From positions 192,001-256,000 of the forward strand of contig CAVXGR010000005.1 in assembly GCA_963761335.1 (NCBI GenBank): a stretch of 64,000 nucleotides of DNA. The letters are read 5' to 3'. Source of the stretch: an uncultured delta proteobacterium. GTDB lineage: Bacteria; Desulfobacterota; Binatia; HRBIN30; BPIQ01. Positions 10,515-20,488 of this stretch are shown here, in pieces. Position 1 is the stretch's first letter. Each line of letters starts with the position of its first letter. Made by a program: the position numbers and the translations under genes. The notes under the pieces were generated by a model that saw only the letters and a program-made list of their open reading frames with translations, did not search any database and had not been told where the DNA came from.

Positions 10515-11899
10515 TGGATTCCCCTTGTCGGCTCTGCGGTGGAACCGCGGCGCCTCGCCTCGTCCTCGACCGCCGCCTTACCGTCCAGAATGGCGTGGTC
10601 CATGTTGAGGTACTCCCATGACCCGAAGCGTCCCCGCGGGCTGATCTGCCAGCGGGCCAGCTCGGCGCGGATGCGTTGGGTATGCTCGCGATGGCGCAGG
10701 TCGTAGATGATGTACGCCGGGCTCAGGCTGACCACCTCGGCCACGCGCACCCGGCCGCCTCTCGCGACCGGGCGTGCCTCTGGCGCGGTCAGCACGCCGA
10801 TTGTCGTCAGGCCGGCCAGCGCCTGCTCGACCAGCGCGGCTCGATCGCAGGGTCGATGGACCGATTCGCTGATCTCGACCTGGATCGAGCTGCAACCGGG
10901 GGGCACCATCCACTCCGCGAAGTTGCTCGGCAGGCTGAGGCGGTGAAAGATCGTATGGTCCTCCGGCAGGTAGACCCAGTGCATCGACCCGAGCGGAGCG
11001 CTGACGTGTCCGACGAGTCCGATATTGACCGTGTGCACGGTGTTGTACTTGAGCTGCGCCGCGGATTGTCGAATCGGGAGCGAAACGGCGTCGTCCAACA
11101 TTGCCACCAGCGCCGGCATCGGAGTGGAGGCGATCAACCGGCCGTAGCCGACCCGCCCCCCATCCGCCAACACGATTTCGCGACGCGCCGCATCGACGGC
11201 GACGACCTCGGCGTTGAGCCACAGCCGCTCGGGCGGGATGTGAGAGGCGAAGGCGCGTGCCAGTGCCTGGATGCCGCCGGCGAGTGGATACCAGAACTCG
11301 CGATTCGCGCCGTAGCGTTCCGCGCTCGGTGCCGTCGCTCCGCGTTGCACCTCTTCCAGGGTCGGCACCGCCACGCGGCCATCGATCCATTCGTAGCTCA
11401 TCTCCCGCAGGTCCCAGGCCCACTGGCGCCGGTTGTAAGGGATCATGAAATGATCGGCGATGCCTCGGCCGTACGTCCGCTCAATCCACTCCTCGAAATC
11501 GGCCGGCGGAGCCCCATGCTCCGCCGCGGCTCGGGCCGCGGCGAGGCCCGCGAGGTTCTTCTCGATCACCTGCGGCGGTAGGCCGTAGTTGTTCAGCTGA
11601 TACGGGTACTCGGTGTAGACGCCTGCCGTGTAGCAGTAGCTGCGGCGGACCTGCTTGCAGGTGTTGCCGCGGAGGAGGCGATTGCACACCAGGTCGGCGA
11701 CGTAGGCATCCGTCGAGTAGAGGATATGGATGGCATGATCGAACGAGAAGCCGTCGTAGGTCACCGTGCGCGCCAGGCCGCCGACCTCGCCGGCGCGCTC
11801 CACGAGCAGGTAGTCCGCCTCACCCCTTCCCTCGAGGTGATAGGCGGCCGACAGCCCGCAGAGTCCGGCGCCGAGAATGACGGTTTGGTAGCGCCGCAT
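10511..11899 (-). CDS. FAD-dependent oxidoreductase, UDP-galactopyranose mutase/protoporphyrinogen oxidase-like
   Basis: GAGLCGL Rossmann, GGLAR, FMIPYN..W, FWYPLAGG, GRFGSWEYLNMDH. Confidence 0.8.
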   Translation of the reverse strand: MRRYQTVILGAGLCGLSAAYHLEGRGEADYLLVERAGEVGGLARTVTYDGFSFDHAIHILYSTDAYVADLVCNRLLRGNTCKQVRRSYCYTAGVYTEYPYQLNNYGLPPQVIEKNLAGLAAARAAAEHGAPPADFEEWIERTYGRGIADHFMIPYNRRQWAWDLREMSYEWIDGRVAVPTLEEVQRGATAPSAERYGANREFWYPLAGGIQALARAFASHIPPERLWLNAEVVAVDAARREIVLADGGRVGYGRLIASTPMPALVAMLDDAVSLPIRQSAAQLKYNTVHTVNIGLVGHVSAPLGSMHWVYLPEDHTIFHRLSLPSNFAEWMVPPGCSSIQVEISESVHRPCDRAALVEQALAGLTTIGVLTAPEARPVARGGRVRVAEVVSLSPAYIIYDLRHREHTQRIRAELARWQISPRGRFGSWEYLNMDHAILDGKAAVEDEARRRGSTAEPTRGIQ

Positions 11900-12113
11900 C
11901 GTCGATCACGTTGGATTGATGAGCGCGCCGTTTATCTGGGCAATCAGCCCGTTGCAACCCCTGCGCCGTGATGTCAATCGGTGCCGTGGTCGCGGGGCTC
12001 AGTCGGCAAGTTTCAGCAGCGCCACGAAGTCCGCGGCGCTGTCCTCGAGGGTGCGGTGTGTCTCGAGCATCGGATCGCCCGAAGAGCAGGACGAAGATGA
12101 GGCGGGGGACGGA

Positions 12114-13253
12114 CTATCCGGTTGTGCTCGGCGTGCCCATCCGGCGCAACCAACGGAAGTGCGATACCACGCCGGCGCGGAAGGAGGTGTGCTCGCGGTA
12201 TCTCACGCCGTACTCTCGACATGTCGCCTCCACGAGCTTCGAGATGGCCGGGTAATTGGCGTGGCAGATGCGGGGAAACAGATGGTGCTCGATCTGAAAG
12301 TTCAGACCGCCCAAGAGCCACGCCGCCGTCCGGCTGCGCCGCGCGAAGTCGACGCTGGTCTCCACCTGATGGATGGCCCAGGCGTTGTCGATGCACCCCG
12401 TGTCTTCCCGCGGCAACGGGAACTCGGCCTCCTCCACGCAGTGAGCGAGCTGAAACACGACACTCAGCAGCATACCCGTCACCAGCGCCACGACGCCGTA
12501 GAACAACGCCACGACCCAGGCGGCGTGAAGCAGCAGGGGAATCCCGAATGCCAGGGCGAAGAAGATCGCCTTGCCGCTGACGAAGATGACCAGGTCCCAG
12601 CCCTGCGGACGCGGAAATCGATGCGTGCCGATCCGCCCGCTGATGACGTCGCGGAAATCGCCGACGAAGTGCCACTTGACAACCATCAACCCGTAGAGCG
12701 GCCAGAGGTACCAGTGCTGCCACCGGTGAAACCTGAACCGCCGCTGATGCGGGGTCAGGCGACCGAGGCCGCCGAGGTCGATGTCGTTGTCGTGGCCCGT
12801 GATGTTGACGTAGGTGTGATGGACGACGCCGTGCTTCCAGTGCCAGTGGTAGGAGCTGCCGCCGATCAAGTCCAGCGTCATTGCCATTATCTTGTTGACC
12901 CAGGCATGGTCTGAATAGGCCTGATGCCCGCCGTCGTGCTGAACGTTGAAGCCGATCGACGCCGTCGCCAGCCCGAGCAGAATCGCCAGCGGCAGGGCTT
13001 GCCACCACGCGTGGGCCGCGAACACCAACAGCACGTACGAGGCGCTGAAGGCCGCAAAGAGGATCGCCGTCTTCAGGTACATCCGGGGACAATCGCGTTT
13101 GCGCCGCCCGGTGCTGCGGAAGAACTCGTCGACCCGTCGCCGTAGCTCGCGCTGGAAGTCGCTCGTCCCGGCGAAGACCAGCCGTCCGCCAGTCGCCACG
13201 GCCGGATACGCCGGCGCCGCCCGGCTCGCTGATGATCGAGCCTTCGACTTCAT
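12114..13253 (-). CDS. Membrane fatty acid (acyl-CoA) desaturase
   Basis: His boxes HDGGH, HGVVHH, QIEHHLFP. Confidence 0.93.
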   Translation of the reverse strand: MKSKARSSASRAAPAYPAVATGGRLVFAGTSDFQRELRRRVDEFFRSTGRRKRDCPRMYLKTAILFAAFSASYVLLVFAAHAWWQALPLAILLGLATASIGFNVQHDGGHQAYSDHAWVNKIMAMTLDLIGGSSYHWHWKHGVVHHTYVNITGHDNDIDLGGLGRLTPHQRRFRFHRWQHWYLWPLYGLMVVKWHFVGDFRDVISGRIGTHRFPRPQGWDLVIFVSGKAIFFALAFGIPLLLHAAWVVALFYGVVALVTGMLLSVVFQLAHCVEEAEFPLPREDTGCIDNAWAIHQVETSVDFARRSRTAAWLLGGLNFQIEHHLFPRICHANYPAISKLVEATCREYGVRYREHTSFRAGVVSHFRWLRRMGTPSTTG

Positions 13254-13380
13254 ATGGAGCCACTCGCCTCCCGCGGCGACATGTCGGTCTCTATGCATGC
13301 AAGCATGTGGCCGAGCCTCTCACATACCCCGGCCAGCCTCCCTTATAGCAACGGCGTGGTCGCCAGCGAATCTCGGAAAA

Positions 13381-14583
13381 CTACGCGCGTAGTTCGACGC
13401 GGGCACTACCAGGGGGGGGCAGGGGACCGGGATCGCCGAGCCAGGCGGTCACGACGCCGCAGGCCAAATCGAGATTGCCCATCTGGCAATGCTGGTCTGC
13501 GTGCTCCGCCTTGGTGAAGGTGCGGACCGCAACCGAGCGAGCCGCGGTGAGGGCGCTGGCTTGCGCCCGGGTCAGGGCGGGAGGTTGGAAGGCGTCGTGC
13601 TCGCCGCATAGCAACAGGACGTCTTGTTTGACGCGGTGGCTCGCCAGGTGGGTCGCGTTCATCCCGAGGAACCAGTCGACGGCGTCCATCGGGTCGTCGC
13701 CATCGACGAGGTACAGCGCCTGGTCGACCACTTGTCGGAGCATGGGGATCAGCCGGGTACGCACGCGGACGTTCCAACGCATGAAGCGCCGGCGTCGCAA
13801 CATCGCTCGCGTAACACCGCGTAGCACTCCGGGGACGCGCTGGAGCCAGTCGTACACCGGCGGCCAGGACACGACGCGGTCGATGCGCGGTTCGCGACCC
13901 GCCGCCCGCAAGGCCCAGTAGCCGCCCATCGAGATGCCGACCAGGGCCGCCGAGTCGAGCCGGAAGTGATCCAGGACGGCCCCGACCGGCTTCTCCCAGT
14001 CGTGGTCGAAGGTGAGCCCGCTCAGGGCGCGCGCCCCTCCTTGCCCGGGGCCCTCGAAGGCGATGACGTCGAACCCCGCCGCGGCGATGCGCTGCCAGAT
14101 GGCGAAGAACTCCTCGATCAGCGAGTCGAACCCGCCATGGAGGAGCACGGTCCCCCGGGACGGCCCGCCCAGCGCCGGGTACGAATACGCGGGCAAGGTG
14201 GCACCGGCATACGCGACGTTCCGGCGCACCACGCCGTCGCCCCCGAACGCCGCATCGAAGAGCTGCCGATACCGGCGGTAGCGCGGCACCTTCTCTGTGG
14301 AGCGGGGCGGGGTGAAGAACTCGGCCACCCGGAGATAGCTGGTCGCGTTCCGGAGCCTGCCATCCCGCTCTGCCTGCCCGGACAGCGCCTCGAATGCCGC
14401 AACGCAGTCCTCCTCGGAGCGAATCCTCGCCGCCGCCCGACGTAGCTCGTCCGGCTCGGCGTAACCGAGCGCGTAGGCCCGATTGATCTGGTAGTTGAAG
14501 AACGAGCGGCGGTGGAACCTCTCGAATCCCACAGGAAACTTCGCCAACCCCGAATCCCTGTGCTCTTCCGTGCGCTGCTGCAT
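13381..14583 (-). CDS. Alpha/beta hydrolase (FrsA/dihydroxypseudooxynicotine hydrolase-like)
   Basis: HGGFDS, FEGPGQG, GISMGG nucleophile elbow, HCQMGN. Confidence 0.88.
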   Translation of the reverse strand: MQQRTEEHRDSGLAKFPVGFERFHRRSFFNYQINRAYALGYAEPDELRRAAARIRSEEDCVAAFEALSGQAERDGRLRNATSYLRVAEFFTPPRSTEKVPRYRRYRQLFDAAFGGDGVVRRNVAYAGATLPAYSYPALGGPSRGTVLLHGGFDSLIEEFFAIWQRIAAAGFDVIAFEGPGQGGARALSGLTFDHDWEKPVGAVLDHFRLDSAALVGISMGGYWALRAAGREPRIDRVVSWPPVYDWLQRVPGVLRGVTRAMLRRRRFMRWNVRVRTRLIPMLRQVVDQALYLVDGDDPMDAVDWFLGMNATHLASHRVKQDVLLLCGEHDAFQPPALTRAQASALTAARSVAVRTFTKAEHADQHCQMGNLDLACGVVTAWLGDPGPLPPPGSARVELRA

Positions 14584-14623
14584 ACCTGCGGCCGACCCGT
14601 TGGACCCACTATACAGACACTTC

Positions 14624-15220
14624 TCAGTACGCCACTCGCTGGCGCAGGTCGATGGGCGGCGGAAAGATCTGCCCCTGCTTCGGCGGCATCGAGTTGTACA
14701 CCCAGTCGATGTCGAGGACCCCGACACGCGCGCCGGCGGCGCGCCGGTAGCCGGCGAAGGCGCCGACGAACCCCGGCTGCAGCCCCGGCTCCCCGCCGGA
14801 AACCGTCACGCCGCCGCCCGAGGCCTCGAAGTAGCTGCGATCGCGCACCATCTCGGCCAGCAGGTCGTCGAGCTGCCAGCGGCTGCCGATCAGCTCGAGG
14901 GCTGTCGTCGGACACTCCTCGACGCAGCGGCCGCAGAACGTGCAGCGCTCGAAGTCGATCTCGACGACGCCGGTGTTCCGGCGGACGGCTTTCTCCGGGC
15001 AGACGGCGACGCAGCCGGCGGCGCCGATGCACTTCCAGTCGTGCCAGACGAGCTCCGCCGTGCGCGACATGGCTTCCGGGTTGTGGCACCAGGCGCACTC
15101 CAGGCTGCATCCCTTCAGGAACACGGTCGTGCGCAGACCCGGCCCGTCCTCCGTGGACATGCGCTGCAAGCTGACCACGGTGGCGCTGCGCTCGAAATCG
15201 TCGACGGCCGGTTGTGGCAT
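14624..15220 (-). pseudogene. Glycyl-radical enzyme activating radical SAM protein, C-terminally truncated
   Basis: EDGPGLRTTVFLKGCSLECAWCHNPE, ferredoxin insert, GGGVTVSGGEP; homology ends shortly after, leaving an incomplete barrel. Confidence 0.8.
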
Positions 15221-15245
15221 GGGCGAAGGTCCCCCGTTCTGCGCC

Positions 15246-15350
15246 TCAGAATCGGCAGTGGCTCTCGCGCGCAATGATCTCGTCCCGCAGCTCGCGGCCG
15301 ATACCGGTGAAATTGGCGTTGTAGCCGGTGACGCGCACCAGACAGGAGAG
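15246..15350 (-). pseudogene. C-terminal remnant of a glycyl radical enzyme
   Basis: Hand translation: LVRVTGYNANFTGIGRELRDEIIARESHCRF*, the RVxGY glycyl-radical loop; in-frame stop about 20 codons upstream. Confidence 0.8.
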
Positions 15351-15551
15351 GTAGGGCGTCGGGCAGAACGTTGCCCGGATGCTTTCTGTCACCTCGTATC
15401 AGAGCCACACAGCGGGCGATGATGTGGCGTGTCTGCTCGGCGTAGGCGCTCCAAAACTGCTCCCAGGATTTGAACCTCGTGGGATCCCCGGTGCGGGCGC
15501 CGTCCCGCCGCTTCTACTTGGCCGGCGAGCCGCGCCGATCAGGGTCGCGCC

Positions 15552-17318
15552 CTAATCGCCCACGCCGCGCCAGAAAGCGCATTCGCTCTCCTTGGCGTTG
15601 GTCGCCGTGCCGAGAACGCGGTGGAGAACCAGATAGCGGCCGTCCTCGTTCAGCCGCGGCCAGCTCGGGGCGCCGCCGCCGTTGGGATCGCCGCTCGCCG
15701 CGAAGCGCGTCCAGTAGCCGATCATCTGGTGCGACAGCTCCGTCTGCTCGGGGGTGAACGGGTCGCGGGCCGGTATGCCGAAGACGAACTGGACCTCAGC
15801 GGAGTGGAAAGCGCCGAGGTCGAAGCTCGACGGGAACGGAATGGGGAACTGGGCGTCAGGATAGTTGAACTGGTACAGGTAGGTCGGCGCGTAGGGCGCC
15901 AGCAGGTCGGCGGTGTCGATCGTCGGGCAGGCCAGGAAGCCGTCGCCGAAGGCGGCGGCGAGAGCTGCGCCCGGCACGGCATAGGCGTCGAGTGGGTAAC
16001 GGGCCGCGACCGCGTCGACGGCGCCATCGGGGACGAAGTGCGCCAGCGCCTGGCGATACTGGTCGGCGGCGAGCGGGCTGCCGAGCTCGTCGAACGCCTG
16101 TGCCACGAACAGCGTTCCCTCGTCGCGATTCGAGCCGATGAGCAGCGGCACCCGATTGAGCTCGCCGGCGCGGAAGAGGTCCTCGAGCGGCTGCGGAATG
16201 ACGTCACCGTCGACCACCGGGAACCAGCTCCCGTGCTCGCCGGCACCGAAGACGACGTTGGGGTTCGGTGGCAGGGTGGTGATCACCTGATCGGCGGGCG
16301 CGGCGCGCATGCAGGCGAGCACGTCGGCGGTGTCGCCGCAACCGAGCATCTCGGCGAAGCGCTGTCCCTGGGCCTCGGCCTCGGCGAGGTCGGAGAGCGG
16401 TCGCACGCACAGGCCGCTCTCGACGATGGCGCGTTGGAAGAGCCCGTCAGCCGCCGGCGAGGCGAGCAGGATGCAGACGCTCCAGCCGCCGGCCGACTCG
16501 CCGAAGATGGTGACCTTGTGCGGATCGCCGCCGAAGGCGGCGATGTTGCGCTGCACCCACTCGAGGGCGGCGATCTGATCCTCGATGCCGAAGTTGCCCG
16601 AGCCCGGATGGGCGGGATTCTCGGCGGAGAGCGCTGGGTGGGCGAGATAGCCGAGCTGCCCCAGACGGTAGTTGAGGGTGACGACGATCGCGCCGCGGTC
16701 GGCCGCGATGACGTCGCCCTCGGTGCTGCCGGTGATCTGGCGGCCGTCGTTGGCGTCGAAGGCGCCGCCGTGAATCCACACCATCACCGGCGCCGGCGCG
16801 GCCGGCGGCGGATCAGGAGTGACGACGTTCGCCACCAGGCAATCCTCCGCGCCGGCGAAGGCGTTGGCGAAGGGGAGCACCTGCGGGCAGAAGGCCGAAG
16901 GTTTGCTCGCGTCGCGCACCTCCGTCCAGGGTTCCGGCGGCACCGGCGGGCGCCAGCGCCGCTCGCCGACGGGTGGCGCCGCGTAGGGGATGCCGAGGAA
17001 GCGGCGCACGCCCAGACCGGCGATGCCGCGCACCAGGCCGTCGTCGGTGCGCACCAGCAAGGCGTCGCCGACGGCGGTCCCGGTCGCGGTTGGCGAAACC
17101 GCGGCGGTTGCGGTGGGAGTGAACGCCGGCGGGGTCCTCGATGGCACCTCGCTCGCGGTGATTGTAGCGACGGGCGTCGGGCTCGCCGGTGCAGTCGCCG
17201 CCTCCTCATCGCAGCCCCACAGAAGCAGGCCCGCCAACGCCGCGCAGGTTGTCCGCGCCACCGTTCGCCTCAGGCACATCGCTCCGCTCGCGTCTTTCCC
17301 GTCTCGCTTCCCTGCCAC
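15552..17318 (-). CDS. Type-B carboxylesterase, probable lipoprotein
   Basis: FLGIPYA, EDCL, WIHGG, GESAG, FHSAE; LLLWGC lipobox-like motif and Pro/Thr linker. Start may be 17279. Confidence 0.92.
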   Translation of the reverse strand: MAGKRDGKDASGAMCLRRTVARTTCAALAGLLLWGCDEEAATAPASPTPVATITASEVPSRTPPAFTPTATAAVSPTATGTAVGDALLVRTDDGLVRGIAGLGVRRFLGIPYAAPPVGERRWRPPVPPEPWTEVRDASKPSAFCPQVLPFANAFAGAEDCLVANVVTPDPPPAAPAPVMVWIHGGAFDANDGRQITGSTEGDVIAADRGAIVVTLNYRLGQLGYLAHPALSAENPAHPGSGNFGIEDQIAALEWVQRNIAAFGGDPHKVTIFGESAGGWSVCILLASPAADGLFQRAIVESGLCVRPLSDLAEAEAQGQRFAEMLGCGDTADVLACMRAAPADQVITTLPPNPNVVFGAGEHGSWFPVVDGDVIPQPLEDLFRAGELNRVPLLIGSNRDEGTLFVAQAFDELGSPLAADQYRQALAHFVPDGAVDAVAARYPLDAYAVPGAALAAAFGDGFLACPTIDTADLLAPYAPTYLYQFNYPDAQFPIPFPSSFDLGAFHSAEVQFVFGIPARDPFTPEQTELSHQMIGYWTRFAASGDPNGGGAPSWPRLNEDGRYLVLHRVLGTATNAKESECAFWRGVGD

Positions 17319-17417
17319 CCCAATTCGAAGACCACAACGCGGTAGCGTTTCGCAAGCTGGGCCGGGATGGAAGTGAATGCCGGGCGGAGTAGTATCGGGG
17401 GAAGAGGAGAGGCAGCC

Positions 17418-18080
17418 ATGCGAATCTTCGTCACCGGCGGCTCGGGGGTCCTGGGCCGGGTCGCGTTGCCCTTGCTACGCGAGGCCGGCCACCAAATCGA
17501 GGCCCCCGGGCATGAGCAGCTCGACCTGTTCGATGCGGATGCGGTGAAGGCGGCGGTGAGCGGGATCGACGCGATCTTTCACCTGGCGACGCGCATCCCG
17601 GCGCGCGAGTCCCAGGCCGACCCGCGGGCGTGGAGAGAGAACGACCGCCTGCGCCGTGAAGCCACGAGAACCCTCGTCGACGCGGCGCTCGCGAGCGGGG
17701 TGGAGGGCTTTGTCTTCCCGAGCATCGCCTTCATCTACCCGGCGTCAGGGCCGGTCGACGAGTCGACGCCATTGGCCGAAGACTGTCTCGCCGCGGCCCG
17801 TTCGGCGATCGATGCCGAGTGCCAGGTGGCGCGTTTCGCCGAGAGCGGCCGCCGGGGTGTGGTTGTGCGCCTCGGGCTGCTCTACGGTCCGGGAACGGGA
17901 AGCGACCGACCGGCGCCGCGCTATGCCGCCTTTGGCGCAACCCTGCAGATCGAAGACGCCGGCCGAGCCCTGGCGGCAGCGCTCCAGGTTCCCAGCGGGG
18001 TCTACAACGTCGTCCGCGACGGCGAGCGGGTATCCAACGCGCGCTTCAAGCAGGCCACGGGTTGGTGCCCGAAATACTGA
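17418..18080 (+). CDS. NAD-dependent epimerase/dehydratase family protein
   Basis: MRIFVTGGSGVLG Rossmann motif; GAGG RBS. Confidence 0.85.
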   Translation: MRIFVTGGSGVLGRVALPLLREAGHQIEAPGHEQLDLFDADAVKAAVSGIDAIFHLATRIPARESQADPRAWRENDRLRREATRTLVDAALASGVEGFVFPSIAFIYPASGPVDESTPLAEDCLAAARSAIDAECQVARFAESGRRGVVVRLGLLYGPGTGSDRPAPRYAAFGATLQIEDAGRALAAALQVPSGVYNVVRDGERVSNARFKQATGWCPKY

Positions 18081-18097
18081 GCCGTCGTCATCGGCCT

Positions 18098-20479
18098 TCA
18101 GCGAGCCGAATCTATAGCCTTCGCCTTGGCGAATTGGTCCGCAGCCGCATCCATTTTGCCGAGCCGGCGGAGGACGACCCCCAGGGCGTTGTGCGTGGCG
18201 GCGCTCGGCTTCTCGGCGAGCGAGCGCTCGTAGTAGTGCTCCGCTTCTTCGAGCTTCCCCTGCTGCGCCAGCGCCTCGGCAAGGTTGTTGTAGGCGGGCG
18301 TGAACTTCGCGTCGGCCTCGATCGCCTTGCGAAACTCGGCAACCGCCTCATCCGCACGGCCTTGGCGGGCGAGAACGTATCCCAAGCCGTTGTGGGTCTC
18401 GGCGGAGGGCTTTCCCAGGAGCGCCTGGCGGTAATGGGACTCGGCCTCTCCGAGCTTCCCCTCCTGCACCGAGGCAACCGCCAGGTTGTAGTGCGCCGAC
18501 GCGCACTTCGGATCCAGCTCGAGCGCTTTCTGGTACTCCGCCAGCGCCCCCTGCTGGTTGCCCAAGCGCGCCATGACGAATCCGAGGTCGCTGTAGATCT
18601 CCGCCCGGGGATCGAGCTCGAGTGATCTCTTGAAGTGCTTGGCCGCGTCGTCGAGCTGCCCGAGCTCCACCAGCGCCAAGGCCAGGTTGTTGTGCGTCTT
18701 GGCGTGATTGGGATCCGTCTTCAGGGCGCGGTTGTATTCCATCACCGCCGCCGCGGTCTTCCCTTCCTGGAACAGCGTCCATCCCAACGCGTTGCGCAGC
18801 TCGACGTCGTCGGGAGCCAGCTTCAGCCCGCGCCGATAGGCGCGCTCCGCTCCCTCGTGGTTCCCGGTATTCTCGTTGGCCAGTCCGGCGCGCAGGAACG
18901 AGTAGGGGTCGAGGAACTGCTCGCGAATGTCCGCGATGGCGTCTCCGGGGAGCTTCACGAACTCCGGAATGTTCGCGGCCCGATCCGGCGAGGTGAAGCG
19001 CTCGAGCAGAACCGGGGGGGTGTCGTCCCCGTTCTCGTCGATGTGGGTGAGAAACAGCTGCGTGTAAGGCGTATTCACCTTCGAGGAGAACACCAGCCAG
19101 CGGCTGTTGGACGACCAGCTGTGCCAGGAGTTCATGCGTGCGGTGTTGTAGCGAAGGCGTCTGGCGACGCCGCCCTCGGCCGGTATGATGTACAGCTCGC
19201 TGTCGGGCTGCAGCAGCATGTAGCTCTTGGCCTTGCAGAAGACGATCCACTTGCCGTCGGGCGAGTACTTCGGAAAGAAGTTACTCATCCCGTTGTCGGC
19301 GGCACCTCGCAGCGGCTCCGGCGTTCCCCCCTTGCCGTCGTTGAACGGGATCCGGTACAGGTCGTAGCGAAACGGCTTCTTGTCGACGGTGAACTCGGGG
19401 ACGTCCTTGGTGTCGACCAGGACGCTGTTCTGCTGCTCGAGGCGCTTCGCGTGATAGGCCTTCGCCCGGGCGAAGACGATCGTCTTGCCGTCGGGGCTCC
19501 ATACCGCGTCGGTCTGCACGTAGTTCGGGTCGTCGGCTCCCGGCAACGCCGTGAACTTCTTCGTCTCCCGGTCGTAGACGACGAGAATGCCCTTGATGGG
19601 GAAGAAGAGCTGCGAGAACATGATGTCGGGCATGGCGACGAACACGGAGCGGTCCTTGACCGTGCTGATCACGTACCGTCCGGTCGGCGAGACGCGCGAC
19701 AACAGCCCGAAGGTGAGCTCGCCGTCACTGCGCTTGTAGTCGGACCAGGTGATGATCTTGGCGTCGTCCAACACCATGTGCGCCGACACCGGCAGGATGG
19801 CATAGGCGCCCTTGTCGTTGCCGTAGTCGACGTCGAGCCCGAGAGTGCTGCCGTTATCCGCGAAAGAATGACAGTTGCCGCACACCGGCAGGTTCTGCAG
19901 CACGATCGGCGGGCCGGACTGCGAGTCGATGGTCCCGAAGCGCCAGCGGATACGGGAAGGATCCTGCACCGCCTTTAGAAACGGCAGCGGAACCTCTCGA
20001 TAGAAGAGGGAGTCGCCGACCGGATCCGCCGACGTGCGGATGTGCACAAGCGCCGACGAGGAGACGGTGGCTTGCTTCGTTCGGCCGGCGCCTGCGACCG
20101 TCACCTCGGCGTCGCGCTCCCTGCTCTGCTGCTTGATATGCCTCCAGGTGTCCTCCGAAGGTCTCCATCGCGGCGCGTCGACCGAGGCCGTCGCCAGGTC
20201 GGCACCGGTGGCATCGCGAACCACCACGTTCCAGCGGCCGGCGCCGCCCGTGGTGTCCTCCCACACGAAGGTGGGGGCGACGCTCTCCGGGGGAAACAGC
20301 GTCCCATCCGCCGGATAGGTGATCCGCAGCCGTCGTTCGCTGGCTGCGGCGGTGGCCGGCGCGACGGCGGCGATCTCCTGGGCGCCGAGAACGCGATCGG
20401 AGCCGTCGATGAAGAGGCTCGCGGCGAGCGCCGCCACGACGACGGCGCCGATCACGAGCGAACGACGAAGCCGCGGCAT
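18098..20479 (-). CDS. Exported protein with single CxxCH, TolB-like PD40 beta-propeller and C-terminal TPR array
   Basis: N-terminal TM/signal, CGNCH, WSPDGK/YSPDGKW repeats, multiple TPRs (HNNLALAL, AYNNLAEAL). Confidence 0.85.
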   Translation of the reverse strand: MPRLRRSLVIGAVVVAALAASLFIDGSDRVLGAQEIAAVAPATAAASERRLRITYPADGTLFPPESVAPTFVWEDTTGGAGRWNVVVRDATGADLATASVDAPRWRPSEDTWRHIKQQSRERDAEVTVAGAGRTKQATVSSSALVHIRTSADPVGDSLFYREVPLPFLKAVQDPSRIRWRFGTIDSQSGPPIVLQNLPVCGNCHSFADNGSTLGLDVDYGNDKGAYAILPVSAHMVLDDAKIITWSDYKRSDGELTFGLLSRVSPTGRYVISTVKDRSVFVAMPDIMFSQLFFPIKGILVVYDRETKKFTALPGADDPNYVQTDAVWSPDGKTIVFARAKAYHAKRLEQQNSVLVDTKDVPEFTVDKKPFRYDLYRIPFNDGKGGTPEPLRGAADNGMSNFFPKYSPDGKWIVFCKAKSYMLLQPDSELYIIPAEGGVARRLRYNTARMNSWHSWSSNSRWLVFSSKVNTPYTQLFLTHIDENGDDTPPVLLERFTSPDRAANIPEFVKLPGDAIADIREQFLDPYSFLRAGLANENTGNHEGAERAYRRGLKLAPDDVELRNALGWTLFQEGKTAAAVMEYNRALKTDPNHAKTHNNLALALVELGQLDDAAKHFKRSLELDPRAEIYSDLGFVMARLGNQQGALAEYQKALELDPKCASAHYNLAVASVQEGKLGEAESHYRQALLGKPSAETHNGLGYVLARQGRADEAVAEFRKAIEADAKFTPAYNNLAEALAQQGKLEEAEHYYERSLAEKPSAATHNALGVVLRRLGKMDAAADQFAKAKAIDSAR

Positions 20480-20488
20480 ATTCCCCGA

